A stretch of 64,000 nt of DNA, taken from IMG/VR virus record IMGVR_UViG_3300007747_000009, positions 32,001 to 96,000 of that record; one strand, given 5' to 3'. The notes below the pieces were generated by a model, which did no database searches, was not told the DNA's origin, and worked only from the letters and a program-made list of their open reading frames with translations. Both the position numbers and the translations under genes were made by a program. The stretch comes from a virus (Duplodnaviria; Caudoviricetes). Shown piece by piece: positions 9,759-20,502 of this stretch. Position 1 is the first letter of the stretch, and every line of letters begins with the position of its first letter.

Positions 9759-10395
9759 CCCTTTAATTAGAGTAGTAGATGCATTTGAGAAATGTACCAG
9801 TACAGAATTGAAGTTTAAAAGTTCTGTAAAAATTGGAAGTGTTAAGATCGACGGTAAAGAGTATGGTGTACGCATCAAGAAAGTATATGATAAAGCTGGA
9901 GAAAAACCGGGATATCGTTGTGAGTTGAAGATGGAAGTACCGACGAGTAGTGGTTTATTATATGTATCGATTGCAGATTTTATATCATATACGGAGTTCG
10001 AAGTAAACATGTCTCCGAGTTTATTATTTTCGGATAAGTTTTTAGGATGTTATGCATCCCCTGATTATAATTTTAAATCCCCGATGAAGATATCATGTGG
10101 AATTGATTTTATGTTAGAAGGTAATATTAGTACAGAAATGTATAATGCATTTGAGCGGGAATTATTCATGCATAACATTGCTTGCAGATCAGGTGAAGTA
10201 ATTGATGATGTGCTTATGTTAGATTTATATCAAATTATATTAGACCTTTTGAGTACACCTCATCGTGAGATTACGGGGTTGGAGTTATTACACACCACCG
10301 TTTACGTAAACAATTACACGAAGGTTAAGATACCGTACGATGCTATTGCTGAGTTGATTGAAGAATATAATCGTATATTTCAAAAGGATAAATAA
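9751..10395 (+). CDS. hypothetical protein, possibly a divergent family member
   Basis: Long ORF; only a degenerate motif (ERELFMHN). Confidence 0.7.
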   Translation: MYSPLIRVVDAFEKCTSTELKFKSSVKIGSVKIDGKEYGVRIKKVYDKAGEKPGYRCELKMEVPTSSGLLYVSIADFISYTEFEVNMSPSLLFSDKFLGCYASPDYNFKSPMKISCGIDFMLEGNISTEMYNAFERELFMHNIACRSGEVIDDVLMLDLYQIILDLLSTPHREITGLELLHTTVYVNNYTKVKIPYDAIAELIEEYNRIFQKDK

Positions 10396-10536
10396 ATGTT
10401 ATGCTTCGGGGGACATATGTGCCGGGGCATAAAAAAAATTCCGCTTCACAAGGTGTAAAATAAGGTTTAAGATAGTATATAAACGGGGCGACCGGGCGAC
10501 GGTGGCATGAGATTGGATTTTATATTGTAGGTATAT

Positions 10537-11106
10537 ATGTTATTAGCAGAATGTAGTAAGTATGATATTTTTAAGATGACCGAGGCATTAAAGATGTTTC
10601 ATGCTATATCGTACGATGTATCAGCTATTTCCAAAGCGAATAGATACTTTAAAAAGTTCCCCAAAATACATTGTACAATTGATTTATATGATAATATGGT
10701 AATTATGATGAATGATAAGTTCAGGGATGATAAATTCCTCTCTGAATCTATGATGGTATCATTTCGTAAATCCCCGAGTATAGCTGCGGGTAGAATTAAT
10801 CAACTACCCAAACATCAGTCAATTATAATTGAACACGCAGTGAATGAAAGTCTTTTTTTCGAAAACAAATTAATATTTTCTAGTGCTTCAGAAGTGCCAG
10901 TACTAGAGAATGAAGATGAACTATTTCAGAACCGTTTGTTGTATACTGAATCTGAACTTAATGCCATATATATCTACCACAACTTTGATGAAATTATAGT
11001 AGAAGCCGGATCCTATCTTAGGATTTGCGAAAAATATTATGATGATTTTATTAAACTCTATGACCATTTAGATGAACTAAGGGACTTGATGTATGATATC
11101 AAATGA
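10537..11106 (+). CDS. FQxS-family paralog
   Basis: EDELFQNRLLY. Confidence 0.8.
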   Translation: MLLAECSKYDIFKMTEALKMFHAISYDVSAISKANRYFKKFPKIHCTIDLYDNMVIMMNDKFRDDKFLSESMMVSFRKSPSIAAGRINQLPKHQSIIIEHAVNESLFFENKLIFSSASEVPVLENEDELFQNRLLYTESELNAIYIYHNFDEIIVEAGSYLRICEKYYDDFIKLYDHLDELRDLMYDIK

Positions 11107-11680
11107 GGTTGTACTAACTTCTATAAAAATAAATGCACTAAAAGATATTATAAGAATTATGTTTGAAATGCATGAACAGCGTTTTGTTGTTGAAAAAAAT
11201 AATAATATTGTAACTCTAAGAAATAATGCAAATGGTTTTGGTAGATTCAGTACTGTAATATCTGCTGAAGATGAATGGTTTATTTTATCCATTCACAGTA
11301 CTGAAATAGATGAATCTCTACGAGAAGTATGTGCTACTATGGATGATACATGTAATGGTGGCACTGAAGATGATGGTTCGGTATATGGTTTTAATGCACG
11401 AGAAAAAGTAATAATTGATAAGAGAAATGGTTGTGCAGAAAAATATCCGATCTTAACAAATGTAGAAGATATTGATGCATTCCTATTTCAATCACAGACC
11501 ATATACAGTGATTCAGTTACTTTGGCATTATTAGTACAGTACCTTTCTTCAGGATTTATAAAAGAAAAAGTGTACTTATCATATAACATTTCTAAACTTT
11601 TAAAGATTAGTGAAGACGATCTAGATAAAGTACTGAATTTTATTAGTCACATTTGGGAGGATAATAAAATTGTATGCTGA
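11093..11680 (+). CDS. FQxS-family paralog
   Basis: DAFLFQSQTIY; shares FSTVxxAED-WFxLSxH with the next gene. Confidence 0.8.
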   Translation: MISNEVVLTSIKINALKDIIRIMFEMHEQRFVVEKNNNIVTLRNNANGFGRFSTVISAEDEWFILSIHSTEIDESLREVCATMDDTCNGGTEDDGSVYGFNAREKVIIDKRNGCAEKYPILTNVEDIDAFLFQSQTIYSDSVTLALLVQYLSSGFIKEKVYLSYNISKLLKISEDDLDKVLNFISHIWEDNKIVC

Positions 11681-12267
11681 GTGTTAATAAGATAGAAAAA
11701 TTGATTAGCTTATGTAAGTTACTAATTAAATTTCATTTGGATAGAAAAATTATTAATATACCTATTAATCCAGATTTTCGACTATCAAATCATGGTTGGG
11801 ATAATAGTAATCCTTTAGATTGTTCAAAATTCAGTACAGTAGTGTATGCAGCGGAAGATCAGTGGTTTATGTTATCAGTACATGATTATGCTAACGGAAG
11901 TGATTCTGATACTATTTCTTCAATTAATTTTAATAATAATAAAGAGATAAACGGTTCAATACAGTCAAGTTCGATAAATGCAGAAGAAGTTATATTGGAT
12001 AATAGAAATTGGACTCAGCATTCTTTGTTATCTACATTTGATAATTTAGATTCACAACTATTCCAATTACAGACTATACATGATGATCATATTATCTTGG
12101 CTATGCTTATTCAGTACTATATGTATAACCATTTAAATGATAATTATTACATATCATACAATACTACAAAGATTATAGATTTTGATGATGATGAATTTGA
12201 TAACATGTGTGATAATATCAAAGACGTATATGAGAGGTATGATGATTATATCAAAGGAGCAAACTAA
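11674..12267 (+). CDS. FQxS-family paralog
   Basis: DSQLFQLQTIH. Confidence 0.8.
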   Translation: MLSVNKIEKLISLCKLLIKFHLDRKIINIPINPDFRLSNHGWDNSNPLDCSKFSTVVYAAEDQWFMLSVHDYANGSDSDTISSINFNNNKEINGSIQSSSINAEEVILDNRNWTQHSLLSTFDNLDSQLFQLQTIHDDHIILAMLIQYYMYNHLNDNYYISYNTTKIIDFDDDEFDNMCDNIKDVYERYDDYIKGAN

Positions 12268-12772
12268 ATCATTAGTACAGTTACTTAGAATGTGCTGTAT
12301 AATGGTTGGAAAATGTCAATCGCATGTAAGTGAGACACTTAGGATTGGTAAAACCGAAATAAAAATTAACAATAAAAATATATCAGTATACCATGATGGA
12401 TTACATGTTTTAGTACTTTCAGCATCACCACATTTTTCAATCCCGTATAGGTTTGCTTTTACTGAAGGTATTAATTTTTGTTTATTCTATTGTACTGAAA
12501 AAAATAATTCAGTGGGTGAATTACACAAAAGAGATGGTACGGTTGTTAAAATTGAATTACAAGAAAAATACAGTTCAGAAGATTGGGATGGAGCGGCTTT
12601 TCAGAACAGTACAATGTATGATGGCATGATCCCGAATTTTATCATGATCGAGCCGTATATTTCTGAGGTATTAAAAGATCAATGGAATTTAAAATTGTAT
12701 ACAATTTCAGAGAGTTGGGTAGATTTACCATTTGATGAGATGTACGATAATTTATATTTTTTGGATTATTGA
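12239..12772 (+). CDS. FQxS-family paralog
   Basis: DGAAFQNSTMY. Confidence 0.75.
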   Translation: MMIISKEQTKSLVQLLRMCCIMVGKCQSHVSETLRIGKTEIKINNKNISVYHDGLHVLVLSASPHFSIPYRFAFTEGINFCLFYCTEKNNSVGELHKRDGTVVKIELQEKYSSEDWDGAAFQNSTMYDGMIPNFIMIEPYISEVLKDQWNLKLYTISESWVDLPFDEMYDNLYFLDY

Positions 12773-12773
12773 C

Positions 12774-12816
12774 TTGACTTAGGGCGGTGTACATGTTACA
12801 CTGCCCTTTCTATTTT
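12774..12816 (+). promoter_or_regulatory. internal array promoter nested in a terminator hairpin
   Basis: TTGACT 12774-12779, 17 bp, TG-T-TACACT 12794-12802; stem AGGGCGGTGT/ACACTGCCCT then a T-rich tail. Confidence 0.7.
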
Positions 12817-12828
12817 AAGGAGATTTGT

Positions 12829-13425
12829 ATGAAAAAACGAGAACTAGAAATCCTAAACATCACTAAGTTAATCGATCAAGTCTTTGATGATATTATTAAT
12901 CGCAACGATAATGGATTAATAATTGGAAACTTTATAATTAAAAAACTTATGAAGAAAGGTGAAAAAGGATTTGAGTATGATGGTATTTCTATTTCACAAA
13001 TAGCCAGATGGAGTGTTAATGCTTATACAGTACTAGAATTTTTCAGATGTAGTGATGAAGACAACAAATACCAATCCAATAGTGAAAGTACTGGTGACCG
13101 TTACACCATCGATATTCGTAGTAATTATTGTGTAATTGAATATCAACACGAATACGAATTCTATAGTGATTTTGTTATTGCACAAGATGATATTCCATAT
13201 GACAGTACTGCATCAGTAGAAGAACGCAAAATGAGTGTTGATATAGCTATCGATAATGTTATGCTTAATGAATTTATGCATGAGGTTATTGAATTTCAAA
13301 GTTCAGGGTTGAAGAATATAAACATAATAAAATATAAACATAATTTAGGTGAAATAGATTTTATGCGGGAAGGTTTATACCAACAAATGATCAAACGTCC
13401 ATACTTTAAAAGGTTGATAAAATGA
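12829..13425 (+). CDS. hypothetical protein within the array
   Basis: AAGGAG RBS before ATG 12829; family motif weak (EVIEFQSS). Confidence 0.75.
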   Translation: MKKRELEILNITKLIDQVFDDIINRNDNGLIIGNFIIKKLMKKGEKGFEYDGISISQIARWSVNAYTVLEFFRCSDEDNKYQSNSESTGDRYTIDIRSNYCVIEYQHEYEFYSDFVIAQDDIPYDSTASVEERKMSVDIAIDNVMLNEFMHEVIEFQSSGLKNINIIKYKHNLGEIDFMREGLYQQMIKRPYFKRLIK

Positions 13426-14069
13426 ATCATCACAGTTTAGTACAGCATTATAAAATTCTAAAGCATATGGCTAATCTTTCTGAGGTGATGTTTAACAATG
13501 GTAAAAATCCAGACATAGCCAAAAGAATGAAATGGGACATATATGAAACTGATGATGACACCTATCGTGTGTTGTTTGATAAAACAACCAGTTTATTTGA
13601 GTTAATCAGAATACACAAAAGTTCAGGTTATAAACTTGCTAATACTAGTATTACTAATACCGTTTTATCTTATGTTAATAATTATATTTACAGTGGGGCA
13701 AGTAATGGTAGTAGTTTTGGATTAAGATTAAATTGTCGTGAAAAAGATATAATTTATGTCACACCAGATAACCGTTCTAAAATTGATCTTTCTATATTAC
13801 CAGATACAGTACTTGAATTATTAGAAAGAGATTGTTATGAAGAATTAGAATTCCAATACAGTACTTTATACAATTTCGAAGGGCAATCATTTCAACTGTA
13901 TTGCATTTATAGCCTTTTGTCACATGCAGATAATATTCATACATTTCCGGTTCCGGGTTATTATGTAAACATTGATTTAGTAAAACGTGTTTATGAAAGT
14001 GATATTGACGAAGTTGAATCAGCATTGTATAATTTATTACAAAAAACCATTAAGGATTTATCATGTTAA
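13422..14069 (+). CDS. FQxS-family paralog
   Basis: EELEFQYSTLY. Confidence 0.8.
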   Translation: MNHHSLVQHYKILKHMANLSEVMFNNGKNPDIAKRMKWDIYETDDDTYRVLFDKTTSLFELIRIHKSSGYKLANTSITNTVLSYVNNYIYSGASNGSSFGLRLNCREKDIIYVTPDNRSKIDLSILPDTVLELLERDCYEELEFQYSTLYNFEGQSFQLYCIYSLLSHADNIHTFPVPGYYVNIDLVKRVYESDIDEVESALYNLLQKTIKDLSC

Positions 14070-14596
14070 AAGTTCGCTTTAAAATTTTATCCCTTTTAGA
14101 GGATATTTTAAAACATCTACAATTTAATTCGATTACTGATTTCACTCATAATATTGGCAATGATCATGTAGTTACCAGTCGTAATACTGAAAATGGTGGA
14201 CACATAATTTCCATTTATTCATATAAAGATATGCTTCAAAAATATAGTTTAGATACTGGTGTAGAAAGTGAAATTGTATATGGTGTAATTACTATTCCAC
14301 AACTATGTTTAGTTTTATCAATCACTAAATGTGAAGAACTAATACTACCCAATAAGGGTACTATTGCAATCCGAAATGATATAAATTTGAATACAGATGC
14401 TGAGTCTACTTTATTCCAGTTGAGTACAATTTATGATGACACTATACTTACAGCACTTGCACTTGTATCACATTTTAAACACCATTCAGTACTACCTTTA
14501 TTGAATTTGGGTTTTTCGTGTTATGCAGATGATGAAGATGAATTGAACAAGGTCATTACTGATTTAGAATCCATAAAGGAGAAGTTATATGAGTGA
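14063..14596 (+). CDS. FQxS-family paralog
   Basis: ESTLFQLSTIY. Confidence 0.8.
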   Translation: MLKVRFKILSLLEDILKHLQFNSITDFTHNIGNDHVVTSRNTENGGHIISIYSYKDMLQKYSLDTGVESEIVYGVITIPQLCLVLSITKCEELILPNKGTIAIRNDINLNTDAESTLFQLSTIYDDTILTALALVSHFKHHSVLPLLNLGFSCYADDEDELNKVITDLESIKEKLYE

Positions 14597-15110
14597 TATT
14601 ATTAGTACTTTTATGCAACGTGTAGTTAACTTACATAAATCAAAAACACTATCACGAGGGAGTCATATTAAATTTTTTAATAGCAAACATATTATTTTCA
14701 TTTACAAAGATAAAGTTGAGTTCCGGGAAAAGAGTAATAATTTATGCAGATTAGCAATTGCGTTTTCTATGCGTGGGGAAGATAAAGCTAATAACTCCCG
14801 TGAGTTCGGAGGGGATGTTAGTTACTTATTCAAATCTAACTACAAACAAACTATTACCATTTACGATAATTCTGGAAGTTTTGAGATTGACATTCCACGC
14901 TTCAATGACAATGAAGAAGAACTACTCTTTACCCTCAGTACTTTGAGTAATTCGGCTTTGTCTATTTTAATGTCATCAATTCTATTGACAATGGACACTG
15001 CGTTGAATACAGTATACTCATATGGTCTTCAGAACGAGGATCTTGAATCATTTAGTGAAATCATGGGGATGGCAGAAGAATGGAATACCAAAATTACACA
15101 AATCTATTAA
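14589..15110 (+). CDS. FQxS-family paralog
   Basis: EELLFTLSTL. Confidence 0.75.
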   Translation: MSDIISTFMQRVVNLHKSKTLSRGSHIKFFNSKHIIFIYKDKVEFREKSNNLCRLAIAFSMRGEDKANNSREFGGDVSYLFKSNYKQTITIYDNSGSFEIDIPRFNDNEEELLFTLSTLSNSALSILMSSILLTMDTALNTVYSYGLQNEDLESFSEIMGMAEEWNTKITQIY

Positions 15111-15667
15111 AGTCAGTATTACATTTAGATAAGATTGAGAACTCTTTTTTCGGTGAAATTTCTTTTCAATGGGATAAATTTCATTTACCAATTGAAATGA
15201 CAATATACAAAGATAAAGGAGATGTTGAATTGACAACAAAGATTGATAAAGATAACAATCATTGTCCTAAATTAATTCAGATTCGTCTTTATAAATTAGA
15301 TCCTGATGTAACTGAAGCAAGTTTTTGTCGGGCTACATCATATACTAATCTCGACTTACAAACATTGAACTACGCTGAATATAATTCAGATAAAATTCAT
15401 CTTTCGGGATTAGCACTAACTGACCGTAACTTTCATCTGAACTACGATTCATATGAGAGTGAACATTTTCAGTACTCAACAATTGAAGAGATAAGAGATA
15501 TAGAGTTTTACCACAATTTGCATCACCTCTATGGTCACTTCAATACTATAATGCCACAGTATAAAGGATTATCCATTCAGTACAATCAAGATTACACTGA
15601 TTTTTTGACTGAAGAGTTTCGTGAATTTATAACTCAAAAAGCATGGGGATTGATTTCACTAGCATGA
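15080..15667 (+). CDS. FQxS-family paralog
   Basis: ESEHFQYSTI. Confidence 0.8.
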   Translation: MEYQNYTNLLKSVLHLDKIENSFFGEISFQWDKFHLPIEMTIYKDKGDVELTTKIDKDNNHCPKLIQIRLYKLDPDVTEASFCRATSYTNLDLQTLNYAEYNSDKIHLSGLALTDRNFHLNYDSYESEHFQYSTIEEIRDIEFYHNLHHLYGHFNTIMPQYKGLSIQYNQDYTDFLTEEFREFITQKAWGLISLA

Positions 15668-16344
15668 AAACTACATATGAAAAGACTATAAAATTATCTC
15701 AGTACATTAAAGATATTATGTACATGCAAAAGTACTACTTGGATATATACCATGAAATCAACAAAGTATATATTGCAGGAAAACGTACTACTAAAAAGTT
15801 ATCAGTTGAATCAGTAAGATCATACTCTATGTATATTCAACCAGTTGAACAAGTTGTTCAAAGTTCAGTACAGCAAAAGAATGACTATAATGATATAGTA
15901 CTAATGTCATTATCTAATTCAGATGCACATATTAAAAATAATACAAATAAAGGTGCAAAGTACAAGTACATTCATCAATTTTCATCAGATCCTAAAGGTT
16001 CAATTTTCAATACAGAAGCAATAGCCGAACAGTACAGAGATTTGTATTTTATTTTAGACAACGGTATTAACAACAACACAATAAAAGAATCGGAATTCCA
16101 AGCTTCATTGTTGAGTTGCAATGAAAGCATGGTTAGGATATACTTGTATACATTATTGTTTGATTCTTTAAAAGATATGCAGTTCGAAGACCAATATCCG
16201 GTTTCATTATGTTTATCTAGTACAGATATACTCAGATACATACCTGCAAGAAAAGCATATATTGACTTATTAGATAAGAGAGTGGGGACTAGACATGATT
16301 GGAGAGAAGAACTTAAAGTGCGTTATGGACGTACTATTGAATGA
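15664..16344 (+). CDS. FQxS-family paralog
   Basis: KESEFQASLL. Confidence 0.75.
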   Translation: MKTTYEKTIKLSQYIKDIMYMQKYYLDIYHEINKVYIAGKRTTKKLSVESVRSYSMYIQPVEQVVQSSVQQKNDYNDIVLMSLSNSDAHIKNNTNKGAKYKYIHQFSSDPKGSIFNTEAIAEQYRDLYFILDNGINNNTIKESEFQASLLSCNESMVRIYLYTLLFDSLKDMQFEDQYPVSLCLSSTDILRYIPARKAYIDLLDKRVGTRHDWREELKVRYGRTIE

Positions 16345-16891
16345 TGAACTATATTTTGCACTACATTCATTACTAGAACGTTTTAATAACTTCAGGGCAG
16401 AACATATTAATAGTACTGGGTATGATGGATTGAATAATATTATCTCAAAGCATGGTCTAATGGATTCTGAGACTTGGAGAGATGCTCTTTATATCAGAAC
16501 CACACAACCTAATGCTGGAAGTGTTGGTTCTGTATTGGAGTTAAGACAGTATGTTACAAATCACCCAGAGAATACTTTAGTAAGTAATAGAATGGAAATT
16601 GAAGGTTATGCAAGAGCAACTGACATTAGTCCAATTAGAACAATAGTTTCTAGTAATGTTAGTGATAGTGTTGGATGGTACTTAGTAGATAATTATGTTA
16701 CTGATGATGTGGAGGCAGAATTATTCCAACTCAATACTATACATGAGGTGTACAGTACTTATGAGCTTCAAGAGATCATGAACAGGGCAATGAATCTGCC
16801 TCTTCTTCAAAATGATCACTTGACAATCTTAGAAGGAATGGTGTATCATGATGCCTATAAACACATGAACAATATTCTACGGGGTTATTAA
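16325..16891 (+). CDS. FQxS-family paralog
   Basis: EAELFQLNTIH. Confidence 0.75.
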   Translation: MDVLLNDELYFALHSLLERFNNFRAEHINSTGYDGLNNIISKHGLMDSETWRDALYIRTTQPNAGSVGSVLELRQYVTNHPENTLVSNRMEIEGYARATDISPIRTIVSSNVSDSVGWYLVDNYVTDDVEAELFQLNTIHEVYSTYELQEIMNRAMNLPLLQNDHLTILEGMVYHDAYKHMNNILRGY

Positions 16892-17298
16892 TGATTTTAT
16901 ATCATGCCAGTACTGTACAAATTGATGAATTCTTTGTCCCTCATGGTGGTATACACACAGGAGGGCGTCATAGTGCTCTTGAGGCGGCCTTGCGTAAGGT
17001 TCGTGGGGACAATGCAAACGAAGACATTAAGATATATGTGCATCGCTTAGACGTTGATCTAGGGCGTTCTGTGCTATTGGATGATATGGGAAATTGTGAT
17101 AGTTGGCGTAGAATGATCATTGATTGCGACCGCGAAGGGTATAGCAGTATTGAGTACAGTAATGTGTATGAACCGGATGTATGTAATTCTTATATGATAT
17201 GGGAACCAAGTAGGATTAAAGTCCTATCTATTGAAGTACTTAGTCAAGATGCAGCGGAGGATATCGTTAATGAATTTTACGAAACGTATAACCTTTAG
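16891..17298 (+). CDS. ADP-ribosyltransferase-fold protein (ART-PolyVal-like)
   Basis: LYHAS...F...GGIHTG...A...GYSSIEYSNVYE...SYMIWEPSRIK fits the YHG[TS]/GxHxG/GYDgixYxNxxE/SyxvfxpxqIK pattern. Confidence 0.6.
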   Translation: MILYHASTVQIDEFFVPHGGIHTGGRHSALEAALRKVRGDNANEDIKIYVHRLDVDLGRSVLLDDMGNCDSWRRMIIDCDREGYSSIEYSNVYEPDVCNSYMIWEPSRIKVLSIEVLSQDAAEDIVNEFYETYNL

Positions 17299-17884
17299 TG
17301 ATGATGTGGATGAGGAAATTTACATCTTCAAGATGATGATTGATATTAGTGAGCGTATTCATGGACTTAGAATTGTAGGTGAAGTTCAAGTGAATGATAA
17401 TATTGATATGATCTTTAAATTAAATTGCAATGCCAGTACTAATATAATAGTATTAAAAAATAAGAACCGCATTGATAAAACTATGTTAATGGTTAGTGAT
17501 AGGGAGACGATGGATCTAATTAATGTCAGGTTGTCAACTCATTGGGGCTTTAATCGTAACCCAAATAGTGATAATGTTAATAGATTTTCATTTGTAAATA
17601 GCAATCAAGAAAATTTAGATGAAGAACTAGATTCATACCTAGAAGGTGGTGTAATGAATATACCAGAAGATTATTATTTCCAGCAAATGTTGGTTCGTGA
17701 TGATTTGATTGCATATGAGGACATTCAACGCTATCTGGATGCATTGACTATGAAATCCACCTTGAATGGGTGTGTCTGTTTTTATAAAATTCCCGAATAT
17801 ACATATATTGAATATAATTTAATCTACGATAAAGTACTAGAAACGATAACGGAGTTTTTATATGGCATTTCAAAAACGGACTGA
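17270..17884 (+). CDS. FQxS-family paralog
   Basis: EDYYFQQMLV; FxDxVDEEIYxF shared with the next gene. Confidence 0.8.
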   Translation: MNFTKRITFSDDVDEEIYIFKMMIDISERIHGLRIVGEVQVNDNIDMIFKLNCNASTNIIVLKNKNRIDKTMLMVSDRETMDLINVRLSTHWGFNRNPNSDNVNRFSFVNSNQENLDEELDSYLEGGVMNIPEDYYFQQMLVRDDLIAYEDIQRYLDALTMKSTLNGCVCFYKIPEYTYIEYNLIYDKVLETITEFLYGISKTD

Positions 17885-18458
17885 ATTTATAGATGAAGTA
17901 GATGAAGAGATATATAATTTTTCGGTAATAGTACAGATAGCTGAGCATCTTTACGGTTCAGACATGCATTTCTATCGAGAAGAAATTCCAAATGTAGGTT
18001 TCATTTGGACAGCGAGAAATTCAGGGACTGATACTAATATTTTATGCTTTATGAAATCAATAGGTTCAAAAGTATATGAGATTTTAGAAGTGAGTTCGTC
18101 TCAAGTTCTAATGAATGTAAGACTTAAAAAACATATTGCTATTACACGCCTACGCAATGAATACCGATATAAATATTCATTTTTCGATAAGGATAAATGT
18201 GAGTTAGATGATCTTCTCGATGGTGGTATTATGAGAATTACAGAGGAAGAATATTTCCAGTACTCATTAGTTTGTAATGATTATATGGCTCATTATGAAG
18301 ACCTACCACGCTTCATGGAGATGTTAAAAATCGAAACTTCACTAGATCACGTTTCCCTTTATCATGAAAAATGCAAACATCTTACTGCAAAAGAATATAA
18401 TGAAATTTATGATGTTGTTTTAACTAAATTGTATGAGTTCGAAAATGAACATAAATGA
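17862..18458 (+). CDS. FQxS-family paralog
   Basis: EEEYFQYSLV. Confidence 0.8.
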   Translation: MAFQKRTEFIDEVDEEIYNFSVIVQIAEHLYGSDMHFYREEIPNVGFIWTARNSGTDTNILCFMKSIGSKVYEILEVSSSQVLMNVRLKKHIAITRLRNEYRYKYSFFDKDKCELDDLLDGGIMRITEEEYFQYSLVCNDYMAHYEDLPRFMEMLKIETSLDHVSLYHEKCKHLTAKEYNEIYDVVLTKLYEFENEHK

Positions 18459-19005
18459 AGAATTAAAAATACTTAAGATTGTACTAAGCATATGTGAAGG
18501 TATAAGTACATCTAATATACAGCCCGGACATTATACTTATGATATTACACCGTCACCTAAAGGACGGTTAATATTCAATAATAAGGATTCATTTTCAATT
18601 TTGTATGGTGACACTGTAATTTTATATATAGAAAATTATGAATATCCACAATTGAGAACTGATAGTGACTGGACAATTTGCTTTGAGCCGTCATCTGAAC
18701 ATTATAATTGTTTTAGTTTCTTAAATTCGGGCGATGATTTAGAAGCTGAAGAATTTATAGATAGTTTCACTTATAATGCAAGAATTATGACAGAGGAAGA
18801 GTACTTTCAGGCTACATGTATTCATCCAGATATGCCCCCGTATGAAAATATATCTAGTTATTTAAAAATTATGGATGAAATGCGTAGATCATTTTTGCGG
18901 GGATCGTTATGGTTAAAAATGAAACCTGCATTGGATTATGATTTTTACAGAAAACTACGGCGTACTCTTATTCACGAAGGTGGGATTAATATAAATGTAT
19001 ATTAG
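18445..19005 (+). CDS. FQxS-family paralog
   Basis: EEEYFQATCIH. Confidence 0.8.
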   Translation: MNINEELKILKIVLSICEGISTSNIQPGHYTYDITPSPKGRLIFNNKDSFSILYGDTVILYIENYEYPQLRTDSDWTICFEPSSEHYNCFSFLNSGDDLEAEEFIDSFTYNARIMTEEEYFQATCIHPDMPPYENISSYLKIMDEMRRSFLRGSLWLKMKPALDYDFYRKLRRTLIHEGGININVY

Positions 19006-19606
19006 TGATGATGATTATATAAAAGCATTAGAGATTAACTTATCGCTGTTTACTCTCATGCGAAAGATTTATAAGTACGTAATATTGTATGAAGGTGAGA
19101 CAATACTTTCTAAATCACTGATTAAAATACATGATAACGAACTCAAATATATGGCTGGGATTGAAAAATCATGGATATTAAAATCACCCCTTGAAAATTC
19201 TAGATATAGTATTGCTTTTGAGTTTAATCAAATGTCTATGATATATGGCTCAGCACAGTCATATTTAAACATATTCAATGGTGATGAAATAATTCTGAAT
19301 AGTGAATATAGTAAATTTATTATAACTGGATTTCCCGAAGTTGATAAGCATTTTATGGGATGGGAATTTGATTTATCCGAAGAACAATATTTCCAGTACT
19401 GTACTTTATATGATGTACCTAGTTACGATAGACTATTAAAAACTTGTAATCTATTAAAAGAGTTTCGTTATCACTCAGATCATCGAGATGGTGAAAACCA
19501 TTTATATTACAATATTCATTTCAAACAAATATGCAACAATCTAGAGGCATTTAGTGCAATCAGGGATGCACTTATTAAAAAATTAGGAGAATTTGAAAAT
19601 GTATGA
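18995..19606 (+). CDS. FQxS-family paralog
   Basis: EEQYFQYCTLY. Confidence 0.8.
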   Translation: MYISDDDYIKALEINLSLFTLMRKIYKYVILYEGETILSKSLIKIHDNELKYMAGIEKSWILKSPLENSRYSIAFEFNQMSMIYGSAQSYLNIFNGDEIILNSEYSKFIITGFPEVDKHFMGWEFDLSEEQYFQYCTLYDVPSYDRLLKTCNLLKEFRYHSDHRDGENHLYYNIHFKQICNNLEAFSAIRDALIKKLGEFENV

Positions 19607-20066
19607 ATCTAATACCATACAAGTACTTGACAACATCAACACAATCAATTATATTGTACAGGATTGTTTGAAACACGTATCAGGTTCTAATGTTTCTGCC
19701 CGAAACACAGCGGTGAAGGGTGATGGATATGCAATGGATATTAAATTGGGTTATGCAAATTGTTACAATTTTCACATACGAACCCAGTACTTACAAGATT
19801 TGTGCCGAGTCTATTTAAGTCCACGTGAGTTATATGTTCGGTACTCACCAAAATTTATGTTCGGTTACCATCCTAAAACTAAATTATTCTCAACAAACTT
19901 ATTCTCAGAAACCTTCACATTAGATGATATGGAGTCGGTATTCTTCACTCAAAACTGTTTAGACGGTTGGGGGTTGCAAGTTGAGTTTGATTGTGATATC
20001 ATGAAAACAACACTTAACATGTGCAGGAAAATTCACGATGATTTCGTTATTTCTATCAAAAAATAA
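19599..20066 (+). CDS. FQxS-family paralog (divergent)
   Basis: ESVFFTQNCL. Confidence 0.7.
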   Translation: MYESNTIQVLDNINTINYIVQDCLKHVSGSNVSARNTAVKGDGYAMDIKLGYANCYNFHIRTQYLQDLCRVYLSPRELYVRYSPKFMFGYHPKTKLFSTNLFSETFTLDDMESVFFTQNCLDGWGLQVEFDCDIMKTTLNMCRKIHDDFVISIKK

Positions 20067-20502
20067 AACACGCCTAACAACACTCGATGAATTGATTGAT
20101 GTTGTTGTAACGAACAAAGACTTACTTCAAAAAGATGGTATTACAAACATAAATGGTATTGTTTTCTATCATTGCACAAATAGTGATGATGAGATTTTAT
20201 TATCTTACGGTTCTAATTGTTTAAAAATCACAAAGCATCATTACCGTGATATTAAAAGATACCATGTATGTTCACATGAAATGACTTCAGATACAGAAAG
20301 ATTTGAATTTGAAATAACAAAGGAGGGAGTTAATTTTGGAGATAAAACCGGTTCTGCTGTACTTCTCCCTCACGAAGCATTTGAATGTGAAATAAACTTC
20401 TTCCAGTACACCCTAATGAATCTAAAGTATTCATGTACTGAACAAAGTATCATTAAACTCGTAAACTTAATACAAGAGGTATTAGATGTCAAACTTGGAT
20501 AG
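20038..20502 (+). CDS. FQxS-family paralog
   Basis: EINFFQYTLM. Confidence 0.75.
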   Translation: MISLFLSKNKTRLTTLDELIDVVVTNKDLLQKDGITNINGIVFYHCTNSDDEILLSYGSNCLKITKHHYRDIKRYHVCSHEMTSDTERFEFEITKEGVNFGDKTGSAVLLPHEAFECEINFFQYTLMNLKYSCTEQSIIKLVNLIQEVLDVKLG

